DNA of 64,000 nt from the human T2T-CHM13v2.0 reference genome, Homo sapiens, in assembly GCF_009914755.1 (NCBI RefSeq), contig NC_060935.1; one strand, given 5' to 3'. Shown piece by piece: positions 1-17,238 of this stretch. The notes below the pieces were generated by a model that ran no database searches, was not told the origin of the DNA, and saw only the letters and a list, made by a program, of their open reading frames with translations. Numbering within the stretch: the stretch's first letter is position 1; the number at the start of each line of letters is the position of its first letter. Both the position numbers and the translations under genes were made by a program.

Positions 1-691
1 TTTGCTGCTATATGTGTGTGGGTAAGAGTTTCCTATTAAAAAGCAGGCAGGCTTTTTACATAACTTAAATATATAACTTAAATATATAACTTCATATAAC
101 TTAAATGGTTTTTCCAGCCATTTAATAAAAGGTTTTACTCAGAAAAAAACAGTAAATGTGAAGACAAAAAGCGATCTCCCTACATTTTCTACATTGTAAG
201 CACAATTTCTTGTTTTGATTTTCTAAAAATTAATAAAGATGATGAAATGAGGTGTTAATTTAAAAATTAAAAATTTGAAAGATCATTTTTACTGGTGAGG
301 GACTTCAAAAAATTCATTTTAAATATGCATGAACATTTTTCACAGTATTTGAGTGTATTTGGTCAGATTATTTTTACAAGGCTAAAAAACTTAAAGTATC
401 TTAACTGTTAAATATTGCAAATTTCTTTGCGAAAGTACACACATTTGGCAGGTTTAGAACTTTGAACAGACTTTCAGAAGATAATTGCACAGCATATTTT
501 ATAGTGATTTACTGTAATGATTATGAACATAATTTGGGAAATAAATTAGCTTTAGCGAATTTTACTTTAAATTTTTTATTTAGGGCACATACCTTAATAA
601 TTTAATTGTGAAAGCTATGCATTTGCCTTTAATTGAAATTTTAGCATGCTTTACTTTAAATGTGCTAAATCACTAATTTCTGTTCCTTTAG

Positions 692-712
692 ATGTGATAC
701 AGTTGAAGGTAT
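692..712 (+). pseudogene. SEPTIN7: SEPTIN7-like 21-nt microexon (encodes C-D-T-V-E-G-M) within a duplicated SEPTIN7 pseudogene intron (about 1-1750)
   Basis: Branch-like CACTAAT (671-677), TTTCTGTTCCTTTAG acceptor, then ATGTGATACAGTTGAAGGTAT and a GTAAAG donor. Phase-2/phase-2 symmetry fits the insert I recall between GQLTK and SPLAQ in long septin-7 isoforms. SEPTIN7 pseudogenes are also recalled to lie next to PHKG1 pseudogenes. Confidence 0.55.
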
Positions 713-777
713 GTAAAGCGGGGGATTGTTTTTCCAAAGACATAGCAGTTTTACTATACAGGGATTTTAATACTTAA

Positions 778-1026
<249 letters not shown>

Positions 1027-1754
1027 TGATCTGCCTGCCTTGGTCTCCCAAAGTGCTGGGGTTACAGGTGTGAGCTACCATGCCTGGCCTAAAAGAAGAT
1101 TTTAAAACATCATTGCATGTTTTCTCTGCAGTCTCTTATTTTCCCCCTAGAGTTATTTAAATAATAATTTAGGTGGCAAAATTACCTGCTCCTTCGCAAG
1201 GATAAAGTAAAATAAACATTTTATAGATGCGTTATATAAGTAGGAATAGATATTTAATTCTCTCTGATTTCTAATTTAATGTATTTACAATCACAGTTAC
1301 ATTGTTGAATAATCTTAAGTTGCTTAAATACACATATTCAGTTACTTAAGGTTAGCAATTTAAAAATCATTTTTAGATTATTTCTTTTCTAGAGCCTAAA
1401 AAAGATTTTTGGGGTGTTAGGGGACAGTAGGAATTATAGACTCTTTGAAAATCTAGCAAAAGCTTTGGACCCTTTCACTGGAAGAATGCTGGCAAACACG
1501 AACACACATTTGATATGCTGTTTCAGGGCAGTCACTGACACTGTGTGTGCTCAGGAGATCAGAGGCAACTATATTAAAAACAGCTACCATTAATACGAGG
1601 AATATATGAATATATATATATATATGGAGCAGAAGTAGGATACAATTGCTTTACTATTGAAGAATTAAAAAAAAGGATTTCATCAACTTTCAACAACAAA
1701 AAATTACACTTGAAAATATATTTCATGTACACTTGAAAAGTAATTCTCCACTTT

Positions 1755-2075
<321 letters not shown>

Positions 2076-2130
2076 GACTTCCTCTTCTGAGAGCCCTGCT
2101 GACCTGTCCTGATGATGACTGTTCCTGCAG

Positions 2131-2221
2131 AAGTCTACGGGACCCCCAGTTACCTGGCCCCTGAGATCATCGAGAGCTGCATGAATGAGGACCATCCGGG
2201 CTACGGGAAGGAGGTGGACAT
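2131..2221 (+). pseudogene. PHKG1: PHKG1 pseudo-exon ([30 protein letters not shown])
   Basis: cctgcag acceptor and gtgagt donor, 91 nt; kinase subdomain VIII GTPxYLAPE motif. Confidence 0.93.
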
Positions 2222-2337
2222 GTGAGTGCGCCGGGGGAGGAGGATCACCTGCCTGGGCTGGGTGAGGGAGGAAGCAGGCAGGGCGGGGTCTGTGCCCCTG
2301 GCAATGGGTAAGTGGCCTTGGGCCCTCTCACGTCCAG

Positions 2338-2491
2338 TTGGAGCACTGGCGTCATCATGTACACGCTACTGGCTGGCTCCCCACCTTTCTGCCACCGGAA
2401 GCAGATGCTGGTGCTGAGGATGATCATAAGCAGCAACTACCAGTTTGGATCGCCCGAGTGGGACGATTACTTGGACACCGTGAAGGACCTG
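2338..2491 (+). pseudogene. PHKG1: PHKG1 pseudo-exon ([17 protein letters not shown]...[12 protein letters not shown])
   Basis: gtccag acceptor and gtgaga donor, 154 nt, open frame; kinase subdomains IX-X. Confidence 0.93.
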
Positions 2492-2628
2492 GTGAGAGGC
2501 GAGGCCGACTGGCTCCTGGGCTCAGGGCCGCGATGCCAGGCTCCCTTGCCCAAGGAGGCCCCACCTCTCCTGACATGCTGGAGGGGACCTGCCTTAACGT
2601 TCTCGGGTCCCCTCTCCTCCCCTCCCAG

Positions 2629-2752
2629 GTCTCCCGATTCCTGATGGTGCAACTCCAGACTGCTGCACAGCGGAAGAGGCCTTGGCACACCCCTTCTTCC
2701 AGCAGTACTGGTGGAGGAAGTGCGGCACTTCAGCCCACGCGGGAAGTTCAAA
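2629..2752 (+). pseudogene. PHKG1: PHKG1 pseudo-exon (VSRFL...AEEALAHPFFQQY...EEVRHFSPRGKFK) with two frameshifts
   Basis: cccag acceptor and gtacaa donor; 124 nt versus 126 expected. Confidence 0.9.
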
Positions 2753-3092
2753 GTACAAAGTGTCCTGACCCAAGCCCTGTGGCAGTTGTCACCAGCTCCC
2801 CAAGTGCAAACCTCTAAGCCCTCTCCTCTCCCAGGGGTCCTTACACCCCGCGGGTTTCCAGGGTACCCACCCCTCCCCTCCCAGCCGCCCTGTGATGGCT
2901 TCAGGGATGGCAGGTGTCAGCCCACTGACTCCGACCCTGCGGATGCTGGCCAAGTGGGAAGTGGGGGACACTAGGAGGGCCCCGCAGAAGCCACCCAAGA
3001 CTTCGTGGCAAACGAGCCCAGAGAGTCCCTTGCTGGAGGGGCAGGGCCTGGCAGGGGTTACTGCAGCCCAGCTACTCTGCCTGGCCCTGCAG

Positions 3093-3342
3093 GTGATCGC
3101 CCTGACCGTGCTGGCTTCAGTGCGGATCTACTACTAGTACCGCCAGGTGAAGCCGGTGACCTGGGAGATCGTCATCCGAGACCCACCGCTACTCCCTCCA
3201 GCTTCCGTGCCAGCTCATCGATGCCTATGCTTTCCGAATCTATGGCCACTGGGTGAAGAAGGGGCAGCAGCAGAACCGGGCGGCCCTTTTCAAGAACACA
3301 CCCAAGGCCGTGCTCCTCTCCCTGGCCAAGGAGGGCTACTGA
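3093..3342 (+). pseudogene. PHKG1: PHKG1 terminal pseudo-exon (VIALTVLASVRIYY*...[26 protein letters not shown]...)
   Basis: ctgcag acceptor; regulatory calmodulin-binding region is recognisable; premature TAG and a 4-nt insertion. Confidence 0.92.
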
Positions 3343-3699
3343 GGGGCTGGCCAGTCTGGGAGGGCTGGGGGGCAGGTGGGGAGGGGAAGCCACGGAAATA
3401 TAAGTCAAAGGGGTGAGGTGTGCAGGCCTCTGCAGAAGGAGCGCTTGGCCCTGGCCAGGAACCCCTGGAGCTGAGGCCACGACCCCCTCTCAAAGGCTGT
3501 GCACAAGGGAAGTGGGTTTTCCCACCACACAGCAATACCTGCAGGCTGGGACAGGCCCTGGGTGGGCAGAGATCACATGTGGCCCGAGAACCAGGAACCC
3601 CCTGCTCCTGCACTTCCTGGATGAGCCACCATCTCCATTTCTCTTTAGGGGAGGCCCAGAGTTACTGACACTCAGGCCCTCTTCCCTTAGGGTCCCAGG

Positions 3700-4385
<686 letters not shown>

Positions 4386-4644
4386 CAAGTGATCCTCCTG
4401 CCTCAACCTCCCTACTAGCTGGGACTACAAGCGTGTGCTACCATGAAGGGGTAATTTTTTAAAAAAATTTTAGTAGAGATGTGGTCTATGTTGCCCAGGA
4501 TGGTCTTGAACTCCTAGGCTCAAGCGATCCTCCCACCTCAGCCTCCCAAATTGTTGGGATTACAGGCATGAGCCACTGCGTCCAGCCCTTCATCATATAT
4601 CTAAAAACAATCATCAGAGGTAGATGTAACAGGTGTTATTATTA

Positions 4645-5077
<433 letters not shown>

Positions 5078-5706
5078 CTAAAAAGAGAATGTCAAACTGC
5101 TTTCACTAATGCTGTGATTACATTTCTAACCTTATAAACATATCCATATTTTCAGGGCTACTTTTGCTAATCATCATAACAAATGAAGTGTTAGTGGGTT
5201 TTGAGAGGATGAAGGATCACTATACCTGACAATTCTCTTTCACTTATGATGCGTGTGATGAAATAGCTTTAGATTTTTAAAAATATTTATTAAGAGACAG
5301 GGCCTTGCTCTGTCACCCAGGGTGGTGTACACTAGTGCGGTCATGGCTCAAGGCAGACATGCAGTTAATTCCTGGGCTCAAGTGATCCTTCCACCTCAGC
5401 CTCCAGTTTTTTTTTTGTTTTGTAGAGACAGGATCCTGATATGTTGCCCAGGCTGGTCTCAAACTCCTGGCCTCAAGAGTTATCCCACCTTGGCCTCTCA
5501 AAGTGCTGGGATTACAGCTGTGTACCACTGTGCCTGGCCTATATGTTTTGAAAATCAAGTGTTATTTCCTCCTGGGCCGTCCAACTTGAAATATTATCTT
5601 ATACAAGATGAGGATATCATTGGGGAGATCCAAATCCCAATGACAGGACCATGAGCAAGTCAACCTCCAGTAGATTCAATGAGGGAAAATGCTGACATTA
5701 GAGTTA

Positions 5707-5925
<219 letters not shown>

Positions 5926-6665
5926 TCACTTAAGTCTGGGAGGTTGAGATAGCAGTGAGCCATGATCACACCACTGCACTCCTGACTGGGCAACAGAGCA
6001 GGACCCTGTCACGCACAAAAAAAGAAAAGCATGTGTTACAGCACTTGACTCTCAGTCTGTGCAACTGCAGCAGTGGAGAACCATGGCTGTCACTAAAGAA
6101 AGCAATGTACACATGAACTATGTAATGAGCAGTTAAAACTCATTTAATATAAAAACTGGAAGTCTGGGCATGGTGGCTCACACCTGTAATCTCAGCACTT
6201 TGGAAGGCCAAGGCAGGCAGAAGGCTTGAGGTCAGGAGTCCGAGACCAGCCTGGCCAACACAGTGAATCCCCATTTCTACTAAAAATACAAATATTAGCA
6301 TGGTGGTGCATGAGTGTAGTCCCACCTACTTGGGAGGTAGAGGCATGAGAATTGCCTGAACCCAGGAGGCAGAGGTTGTAGTGAGCTGAGATGTCACTAT
6401 ACTGTTCTCTAGCCTGGGTGACAGAGTAAGACTCTATCTCCAAAAAAAATTTTGGAGATATTAACAGAACACAGTATTTTGGGGCACTGGAACCTCTCCC
6501 AGATAAATATAGTACTAAGGCTGGGCTAGGTGGCTCACTCTTGTAAGCCCAGCACTTTGGGAGGAAGAGGCAGTTGGATCTCTTGAGCCCAGGAGTTCAA
6601 GACCAGCGTGGGGCAACATGGTGAAACCCCATCTCTTTTTATAAATTTCTTTTTAAAGTAGAGAG

Positions 6666-6666
<1 letters not shown>

Positions 6667-6714
<48 letters not shown>
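6667..6714 (+). repeat. (GATA)12 tetranucleotide STR
   Basis: Perfect repeat read directly. Confidence 0.95.
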
Positions 6715-7503
6715 CATCTAAGTATTAAACAAGTTTGCTGCTAGCGTCAGGATAGGCTAGCTCCATGGTAATTGCATCATAATATAGCCTTACACTTATT
6801 AAGTTAAAGAGAATAAGAAACTTGCTCTTCTAGTGATAATGAAATTGATACTTTGGGAGAAATCCCCTGCTGAAGATAACTAGAAAAGGTGGACAAAATA
6901 CGAAGTCATCTGCTTGAAGGAATAGGGGAGTGAACCATTACTATGATAGTGAAGAATTACCAGACCAGGATTCAGAGGGAAATAAGGTCCAGGGAGGCTA
7001 AAAACTCTTTTTTTCTGAGACAGGGTATTTTGCCCAGGTTAGTGTGCAGTGGTGCAATCATAGCTCACTGCAGCCTCCATCTCCCCAGCTGAAGCAATCC
7101 TCTTACCTCAGCATCCCTAGTATCTGGGACTACAGGCACTCACCACCATACCCAGCTAATTTTTGTATTTTTTGTAAAGACGGGGCTCTCACTTTGTTAC
7201 CCAGGCTTGTCTCAAACACCAGGGCTCAAGAGATCCTCCTGTCTCAGCCTCCCAAAGTGCTGGGATTACACCTGTAATTGGGTGTGAGCCCCCACACCTG
7301 ACCAACATTTTTTTTTTTTTGAGACAGGGTCTCACTAAAAATATTTTAAGTAAAAATTTTAAAATGGAGAGAGAGTTAAACACAGGCCAGGCACAGTGGC
7401 TTACGCCTGTAATCACAGCACTTTGGGAAGCCGAGGTGGGCGGATCACAAGGTCAGGAGATCAAGACCATCCTGGCTAACATGGTGAAACCCTGTCTCTA
7501 CTA

Positions 7504-7701
<198 letters not shown>

Positions 7702-7984
7702 TTAAAAGAACACCTTAATATTAAAATATAGCAGCAGTAGAATTGACAAACTCAAAGAGTTTAAGTATTTAAATCATGTTAACATTTTTGTATTTTTTGT
7801 GAAATGAACCTAGAAGATGCTAACATCTTTCCTGATTTCACAAGTCTAAAAGATGACAGCAATAACTTCAGCATGACTTATTCCTCAACCAGTCCACCTC
7901 TGAATCTCACTCCTCTCCATCCTCTGGGCCCTTCACATTTTCCTCATTGCCTTAGCTCAGAGATATAGACCATTCAGTCCAGGG

Positions 7985-8160
7985 ATCCTAATCCCAGATG
8001 AACTATGTTCTTAAGCAAGTTACTTGGCCTCTCTAAGCCTCAGTGTATTACTTTACAAATTAAGGTAAAATGTATATTTCATAGGGTTGTTGTAAGAGTA
8101 TATAGGACAATGAGCATGTGAGTTCTTAATGCTATACTGCTCACTTAATAAATACTGAAC
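7985..8160 (+). mobile_element. MIR SINE
   Basis: Core motif GCAAGTTACTTGGCCTCTCTAAGCCTCAG...CATAGGGTTGTTGTAAGA. Confidence 0.7.
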
Positions 8161-8431
8161 AATGCTGGGCATGGTGATGCATGCCTGTAATCCCTGCTTT
8201 GAGAGTCTGAAGCGGGCGGATAGCTTGAATTCAGGGTAACATGATAAAACCCCATCTCTATTTCTACATATAAAAAATAGAGAAAAGCTGGGCACGGTGG
8301 CTGATGTCTGTAATCTGAGCACTTTGGGAGGCCCAGACAGGTGGATCACTTGAGGTCAGGAGTTCAAGACCAGACTGACCAACATGGTGAAACCCCATCT
8401 CTACTAAAAATACAAAAATTAGCCAGGCTTA

Positions 8432-8563
<132 letters not shown>

Positions 8564-10103
8564 TCAAAAAACAAAATAAAACCAATAAAATGTGTTTCTA
8601 TTACCCAGTCTACATAATGAGAATCTGAATACTTACACCTCATGGGTTACTGTTAGCACTGAATACAGTAATGGAAAGTGTTTCATCACCATGTCTGGCC
8701 TCAAAAAATGTTAGTTTCCTTCCACTTTCCTTTCCTTTCCCAGCTTCTTGTGTGTGTTTCATGCAAAGAAGTTTAAATTTTGTTAAAATTGCATGTAACT
8801 AATTAGTAATGAAGTAATGCTCATTAGTAATGCACCTAATTAATAATAAAGGTTATTGGTTCTTTAAAAAGGAAGAAAAAAAGTAGAACATTGTTTTGAT
8901 TTCCATGTTTTATTAGTTTGTTTTACCATCTCATAATGCAGTAGCAAGGTCTCTAGAAAATTGGGTTAGGTGAATAAGGAAAGCAACTTAATTTCTATGT
9001 TGCCCAGTAGATGAATCTCCCTGCAATTCTGTAATAACTCCTGTTCAAAGTACTCACTCCTCCAAGGATAGAAGAAACTAACAGACATCCACTTTTTTCT
9101 CTAAATCTAACCTATATCCACTCCATCCAAAATTCCATGGCTTGGATCAACTCTGGCCTTCCACTGTCTTGTCCTCTCACTTCCTCCTCCCTTGATCCTA
9201 CTTTTACAGAAAACTCACCACAATAGGGTGTTGCATATGAAATACAATATGGAAATGAGCTGTATAGTGTAAGTGTCTAGAACATAGCAGAAACACCAAA
9301 ACGCTCTTATTATACAAGCACAAGAAAATAACTGTGGCATAGTCATCTCGCTGGAAACCACAACTATAATTCTGCATCACATGGGAACAGGGAAACCAAA
9401 TCATTCATAAAATATCTTAATCCTCCAGCAGGAAAAATGCTTTAGCAGATACTGAGAAATGGTAGGTATGGAATACTTGGGAAGACTTCATTACTTTCCT
9501 CTACATAGCATGAATAAAATGGCAAGATGGATAACAGGTGAAAGTATGAAATAAATACACAAATCTCTTCAAACATATATAATACCCACTACTTTTGAGC
9601 ATCTATAGTATAGCAGGCACACTGCAAGACCCTTTATAGACATCATCTGTGCTCCTCATGGCATCCCTGCTTTGCAGTGTGACTAGCTCAATGTTACAAG
9701 TAGGTGCACTCTCACACTGATTACCATATAGGAAATAACTAAATTCATAGCAAACTGTTTTTTCCTTAACAATAGAAAAAATATTCAATTGCATTCCTTC
9801 AAATCCATTAAAAGACTGGTGTGAGGCTAGGCACAGTGCCTCATGCCTGTAATACCAGCGCTTTGGAAAGCTGGAGGAAAGATCACTTGAGGCCAGGAGT
9901 TCAAGACCAGTCTGGGCAACATAGTGAGATCCCATCTCTACAAAAAATAAAAAATAAAAATTAGCCGGGCTGGGTGCAGTGGCACATGCCTGTAATCCCA
10001 GCACCTTGGGAAGCCAAGGCAAGCAGATCACCTGAAGTCAGGAGTTTGAAACCAGCCTGGCCAACATGGTGAAACTCTGTCTCTGCTAAAAATACAAAAA
10101 TTA

Positions 10104-10635
<532 letters not shown>

Positions 10636-11318
10636 TTAAGAGGCTGAGGCGGAAGGATCCTTGAGCCCAGAGGTTCAAGGTTACAGTGAGCTATGATCAT
10701 GCCACTGCAGCCTAGCCTAGGGACAGACCAACTCTATCTCAAAAAAAATTTTTTTGAATGGTGTTATTCTTTGACTTGTTTTCATTTCGGGGAGTGGACA
10801 TACAATTTACTTTCTCTGAAATCTAATAAAAGCTATGGGTAATCTTGCCAGAAAAAATGCATATAAACACAATATGCTGCATATAATTCTGAGGGGGTGA
10901 AATCACAGACCATAGAAGCCTATTCACCGTAAGAACCTCTGATGTAGAAGTAGCAGTTTTATGATTTCTAAATCATATGAAAGAATGATGTTGGGATCAT
11001 TAAAACTAGGATCAAATTAGTCCTAGAAATTCTTGGCTGGGCACGGTGGCTCATACCTGTAATCCCAGCATGTTGGGAAGCTGAGGCAGGCAGAGCACCT
11101 GACATCAGGAGTTTAAGATCAGCCTGGTAAACATGGTAAAACCCCGTCTCTATTAAAAACACAAAAAATTAGCCTGGTGTGGTGGCAGGTGCCTGTAGTC
11201 CCAGCTACTCAGGAGGATGAGGCAGGAGAATCGCTTGAACCCAGGAGGCAGAGGCTGCAGTGAGCCGAGATGGAATCACTGCACTCCAGCCTGGGCAGCA
11301 ATCTGAAACGCTATCTCA

Positions 11319-11321
11319 AAA

Positions 11322-11364
<43 letters not shown>
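11319..11364 (+). repeat. (AAAT)n Alu-tail microsatellite
   Basis: Read directly. Confidence 0.9.
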
Positions 11365-11366
<2 letters not shown>

Positions 11367-11772
11367 CTAATTTTGCATGGTAGCTAAAATTACACCAAAT
11401 ACCTAATCTGATGTTGTTAAATTCAGTTATTAGTTAGGAGATTTGCTGAAATGCTGGCTCAGTCATCATCTTTGAGGGTTTTAAGATGTGTTCACCAAAA
11501 GTAATGTAATAAACTACAGTTTCTGATTTGGGGAGAAGAAAATAGAACTGACTTTCCAAAAAATATCTGGACCATAAACTTCAGGTTCCCAAAAGTGGTA
11601 AAGATTAAGAAATAATTAAGCATTAACTCATCAACAAAATACTAAGTATTTTGGTTGTTAACACTTTCAACTTGATCCCAGTGCAAGAAAACAATCTGAA
11701 ATGGGAACAGAGATTTATTTTATTTTTAAATATTTCACTTCTATATATGGATTTTTTTTTTTGCTGTTTTGA

Positions 11773-11937
<165 letters not shown>

Positions 11938-14900
11938 TAGTAGAGATGGGGTTTCACTGTGTTAGCCAGGATGGTCTCGATCTCCTGAACTCGTGATCAG
12001 CCCGCCTCGGCCTCCCAAAGTGCTGGGATTACAGGCGTGAGCCACCATACCTGGCCTACTATATGGAAAATTTTTAAGAAACTGAAGCATTCAGCAATAA
12101 AAAATTAATTGGTAAGTTATGTTGATTTACCTAAAAGAATATTATGTAGGCATTTAAAAAAACTTTATAAATTTCTAATTGTAAGAGAAGATAGTAATGA
12201 TATACTAAGTGAAAAAAAGAATTTTTTTTTTTTGAGATGGAGTCTTGCTCTGTCACCCAGGCTGGATTGCAGTGGGGTGATCTCGGCTCACTGCAACCTC
12301 CACCTCCCAGGTTCACTCCTGCCTCAGCCTCCTGAGTAGCCGGGACTACAGGCGTGTGCTACCAAGCCCGGCTAATTTTTTTTTTTTTAAGTAGAGACGG
12401 GGTTTCACCGTGTTGGTCAGGCTGCTCTTGAACTCCTGACCTCAGATGATTCACCTGCCTCGGCCTCCCAAAGTGCTGGGATTATAGGCGTGAGACACCG
12501 CGTCCAGCCTCTTTTTTGTTTTATTTTGTTTTATTTTTTAAACAGAGATGGGGTTTTGTTGTGTCGACTAGGCTGGTCTCGAACTCTTGACCTCAAGGAA
12601 TTCTCCCATCTCGGCCTCCCAAAGTACTGGGTTAACACATGTTAGCTACTATGCCAGCCCTCAACTGTTTTTTTTTTAAATGGAGAAAAATTACTGGCAA
12701 GGCTGCAGTGAGCCATGATCACACCACTGCAGTTTAGGAGTGTGAGACCATCCTAGGTAACAGGGTGAAACCCCACCTCTACAAAAAATACAATTTTTTT
12801 TTTTTTTTTGAGATGGAGTCTCACTCTGTCACCCAGGCTGGAGTGCAGTGGCGTGATCTTGGCTCACTGCAACCTCCTCCTCCCGGGTTCAAATGATTCT
12901 CATGACTCAGCCTCCTGAGTAGCTGGGACTACAGGCACGCACCACCACGCCCAACTAATTTTTTGTATTTTTTATAGAGACGGGGTTTCACCATGTTGGC
13001 CAGGATGGTCTCGATCTCTTGATCTTGTGATCCACCTGCCTGGGCCTCCCAAAGTGCTGGGATTACAGGCATGAGCCACTGTGTCCAGCCAAGCATCTCA
13101 CTTTTTTTTTTTTTTTTTATGTGATGGAGTTTCCCTCTGTTGCACAGGCTAGAGTGCAGTAGCGCAATGTTGGATCACTGCAACCTCTTCCTCCCAGGTT
13201 CTCCTGCTTCCGCCTCCCAAGCTGGGACTACAGGCACATGCCACCATGCCCAGCTAATTTTTGTAATTTTAGTAGAGACAGTGTTTCACCATGTGAGCCC
13301 GGATGGTCTCGATCTTTTGACCTCGTGATCTGCCCGCCTTGGCCTCCCAAAGTGCTGAGATTACAGGCATGAGCCACAACGCCCGGCCCCATAGTATCTC
13401 ACTTCCTGTTGCAGGAGAACATCAGGGCCTTCTTTAAAAACAGTTACTTGGTATTAATGGTGCATAATTAAATCAGAAAAATGCAAAAATTTCTCTTTTG
13501 TTGCGCTCATAGCAGACATGAAAAGCTGATGATAGTTAGCCAATGCCTTCTGGATATGTCTTGAGCACTGAGTCTCATTGTCAAGGTAATGCCCTGAATT
13601 GTTTAGATTAGTCTGATTCATTTGCTAGTTGTGTCTTATTTCAGTATGATAATAATGCAAAAAAATGAGATGCTTTCTCCTATCCTTCCTGGTAACACTT
13701 GTGCCATTATCCATCATAGTCCCACAATGACTGGCTACCAGAAAAGGACTTTTGCAGCTTTGATACAGTCAATTCTTGAAATACCACTCTGGAATAAAAA
13801 ACCAAAAGGTTGACCAACAAAAAGAGATCTGAAGTTAAGCTCTTTAGCAAAATAAACGTATACAATAATAGGGTGCTCAATATTACATTAATAGTGTAAC
13901 TTGAATTATGCTGACACTAGATGAAGATGTTGGCCAGTTTTACAGATTTTTCTTCCTAGAAAAGATAATACATACAAAATGGCAGGGTAAGATTTGAACT
14001 ATTGTGACAAGATTCCAGAAATTAACACCCATGGGTCAGAATCAGTCAACATGGTTTTATATTGACATACTTGGAGTTAATACACAAATATCTAATAAAT
14101 GACAAAGGCTTTTTTCCCCCAAGTCCAGTTCTGTGGTGTCATATGCTACTGAAGTCTCAGTAGTGATATAAAGAGATTCCTTAAAGGTATATTTAAGTAC
14201 ATGTAACATCTGCCCTCAATTGAAAGAGTTGGTAGCAAAAACTTTGCTCTCAACTGAAAGAGTTGGTTAGCATATGGTATGTAACATATGCCAAAATGAG
14301 ATACGGCTGCTTGAAAACTGAGAAAAGCAGTGGCCAAGAGAGGCTAGCCCCACCCCCACTACCACCAAAAGGGATAAAATAAAATGCATGTGTCAAGCAA
14401 TTCTGAAATGATAGCTCTGGAACTAGACTATTCTTACATGGAAAGACCCACATGTAAAATAGTGGATAGTCAGTGGTTCAATTTGTATCATATTAACATT
14501 ACCTAACTTTTTAGCTTCTGAAACACAGCCCATGGAGGTATTACAATTTTTTTCAAGTGGAATTTGCATTAGTTAAGAGGCTAGTGTGGTAATTAACATG
14601 GCATATTAGATGACTTAACAGTGCCATCAAAGGCCTGGCACGGTGGCTTATGCATGAAATCCCAGCACTTTGGGAGGCCGAGGCGGGCAGATTATGAGAT
14701 CAGGAGATTGATACTAAAAATACAAAATTAGCCGGGTGTGGTGGTGCATGCCTGTAATCTCAGCTGCTCGGGAGACTGAGGCAGGAGAATTGCTTGAACC
14801 GAGGAGGCAGAGGTTGCAGTGACTGAGATCGTACCATTGCATTCCAGCCTGGACAATAAGAGTGAAACTCTGTCTCAAAAAAAAAAACAGTGTCATCTAA

Positions 14901-16501
14901 TATGCTGCTATTTAAACTAACCAAGCACATAATAGCCCTTTAATATTTTAGAAAAAATACATTAACCAGAGTAAATATGAGAGATTATTTCAGTTTGACT
15001 AGATAAACTTGCAAACTAATTGTCCAGTCATTCAATGAAAGTTAATGAAATGCATGATACTGCACCAAAATCACTTGGCTAGAGATATATAAAGACCCAA
15101 TCTTCAGAGACATAGTCTAGAAACAACTTTAGATTGCTTTCATATTTTATTTATTTATTTTTTTGAGACAAGGTCTCACTCTGTCGTCCAAGCTGTAGTG
15201 AGATCTTAGCTCACTTCAGACTCCACCTCCTGAGCTCAAGCTATCCTCCTGCGTCAACCTCCCAAGAAGCTGGGACTATAGGCACATGCCACCATGTGTA
15301 GCTAACTTTTTTGGTATATTTTTGGAGAAATGGGGTTTCACCATGTTGCCTGGGCTGGTCTCCAATGCCAGGGCTTAAGCGATCTGCCTGCCTTGGCCTT
15401 CCAAAGTGGTGGGATTACAGGCGGGCACTACTGCCCATGGCCAATGTTCTTTTCTTTGTCTTTCACACATACTAAAAATTACTTGTGAAAGTGTAGCCTA
15501 GCCAAAGCACCTACTCTCTAATGTCTGTGAATAGCTCTACAATCCCCCTTCCTTTTTTATAACAATCTTTCACTGTTCAATAAATAGGGTAGTGCATATG
15601 TCTCAAAATGCTAAATTACAAACATCCAGGAGGAAAACCCTAACTGAAAGCAAATTCCTAGATGACTGAGAGTGATAAAGCTAGCAGTTTTAATTATCTG
15701 TAATTCTGAATATCAAGAAGAGTAAGCTGAACTAGGCTTGACAGATGACAAATTAAGTTTTTTCCCTTGACCAAAAGATACCTCTCAGAAGATTATGTAA
15801 CACACTGTCCTACAATTAAAAAATGAGAGACTAAAATGTAATCTAGGACTTATTAAAGTCTAAAGTTGTTTCAGTTATCCGAGGAGTTACCAGTCAACAT
15901 TCTGAGAAATGGTACATGGCTTTAGGGGCTAAACATATTTTATTTTTTACAGGCAACCCTCAAAAGAGAATAAATTCAGAGAGACTCTGAAAATTTATAT
16001 GAATTTTTTGAAACAGAGTCTCACTGTCACCAAGGCTGGAGTACGGTGGCATGATCACTGCTGACTGCAGTCTCAACCTCCCAGGCTCAAGCAATCCTCC
16101 ACCTCTGCCTCCTGAGTAGTTGGGATCACAAATGTGGGCCACCAGGCCAGGCTCATTTTTTTTTAAATTTTTTTTGTAGAGATGGGGTCTCATTACATTG
16201 CCCAAGCTGGATGTATATATATTTTTTTGAGATTGAGTCTCACTCCATTATCCAGGCTGCAGTGCAGTGGCGTGATCTCGGCTCACTGCAACCTCCGCCT
16301 CCTGGGTTCAAGCAATTCTCCTGTCTCAGCCTCCTGAGTAGCTGAGACTACAGGTGCACGCCACCACGCACAGCCAATTTCTGAATTTTTAGTAGACAGG
16401 GTTTCACCATCTTGTCCAGGCTGGTCTTGACCTCTTGACTTCAAGTGATCTACTGGCCTCGGCCCCCCAAAGTGCTGGGATTGCAGGCATGAGTCACCTA
16501 A

Positions 16502-16651
<150 letters not shown>

Positions 16652-16813
16652 TGAAATAAAATTTGGTAGGTTTTGTGAAGAAGCAAATACACAATTTTAA
16701 AAACAGAATTGTGAGATTTTTTTTTCTTTAGAAATATCCAGGCCAGGCGTGGTTGCTCCCGCCTGTAATCCCAGTACTTTGGGAGGCCAAGGTGGGTGGA
16801 TCATTTGAGGTCA

Positions 16814-17238
<425 letters not shown>

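Larger units (their letters stand above)
2131..3342 (+). pseudogene. PHKG1: Unprocessed 5'-truncated PHKG1 pseudogene (last four exons: kinase C-lobe and calmodulin-binding tail)
   Basis: Four GT-AG-bounded exons translate to PHKG1 peptides. Lesions: two 1-nt deletions (about 2660 and 2709), Q>TAG at 3135-3137, a 4-nt insertion at about 3186-3189, and VCGTP>VYGTP. Native stop TGA at 3340-3342. Confidence 0.95.

Noticed and set aside
2131-3342. Functional PHKG1 gene
   Set aside because: The N-terminal kinase exons are absent; frameshifts and a nonsense codon disrupt the native frame.
14215-14272. Imperfect 23-bp direct repeat CTCAA(T/C)TGAAAGAGTTGGT(T)AGCA
   Set aside because: Only two copies; an ordinary local duplication.
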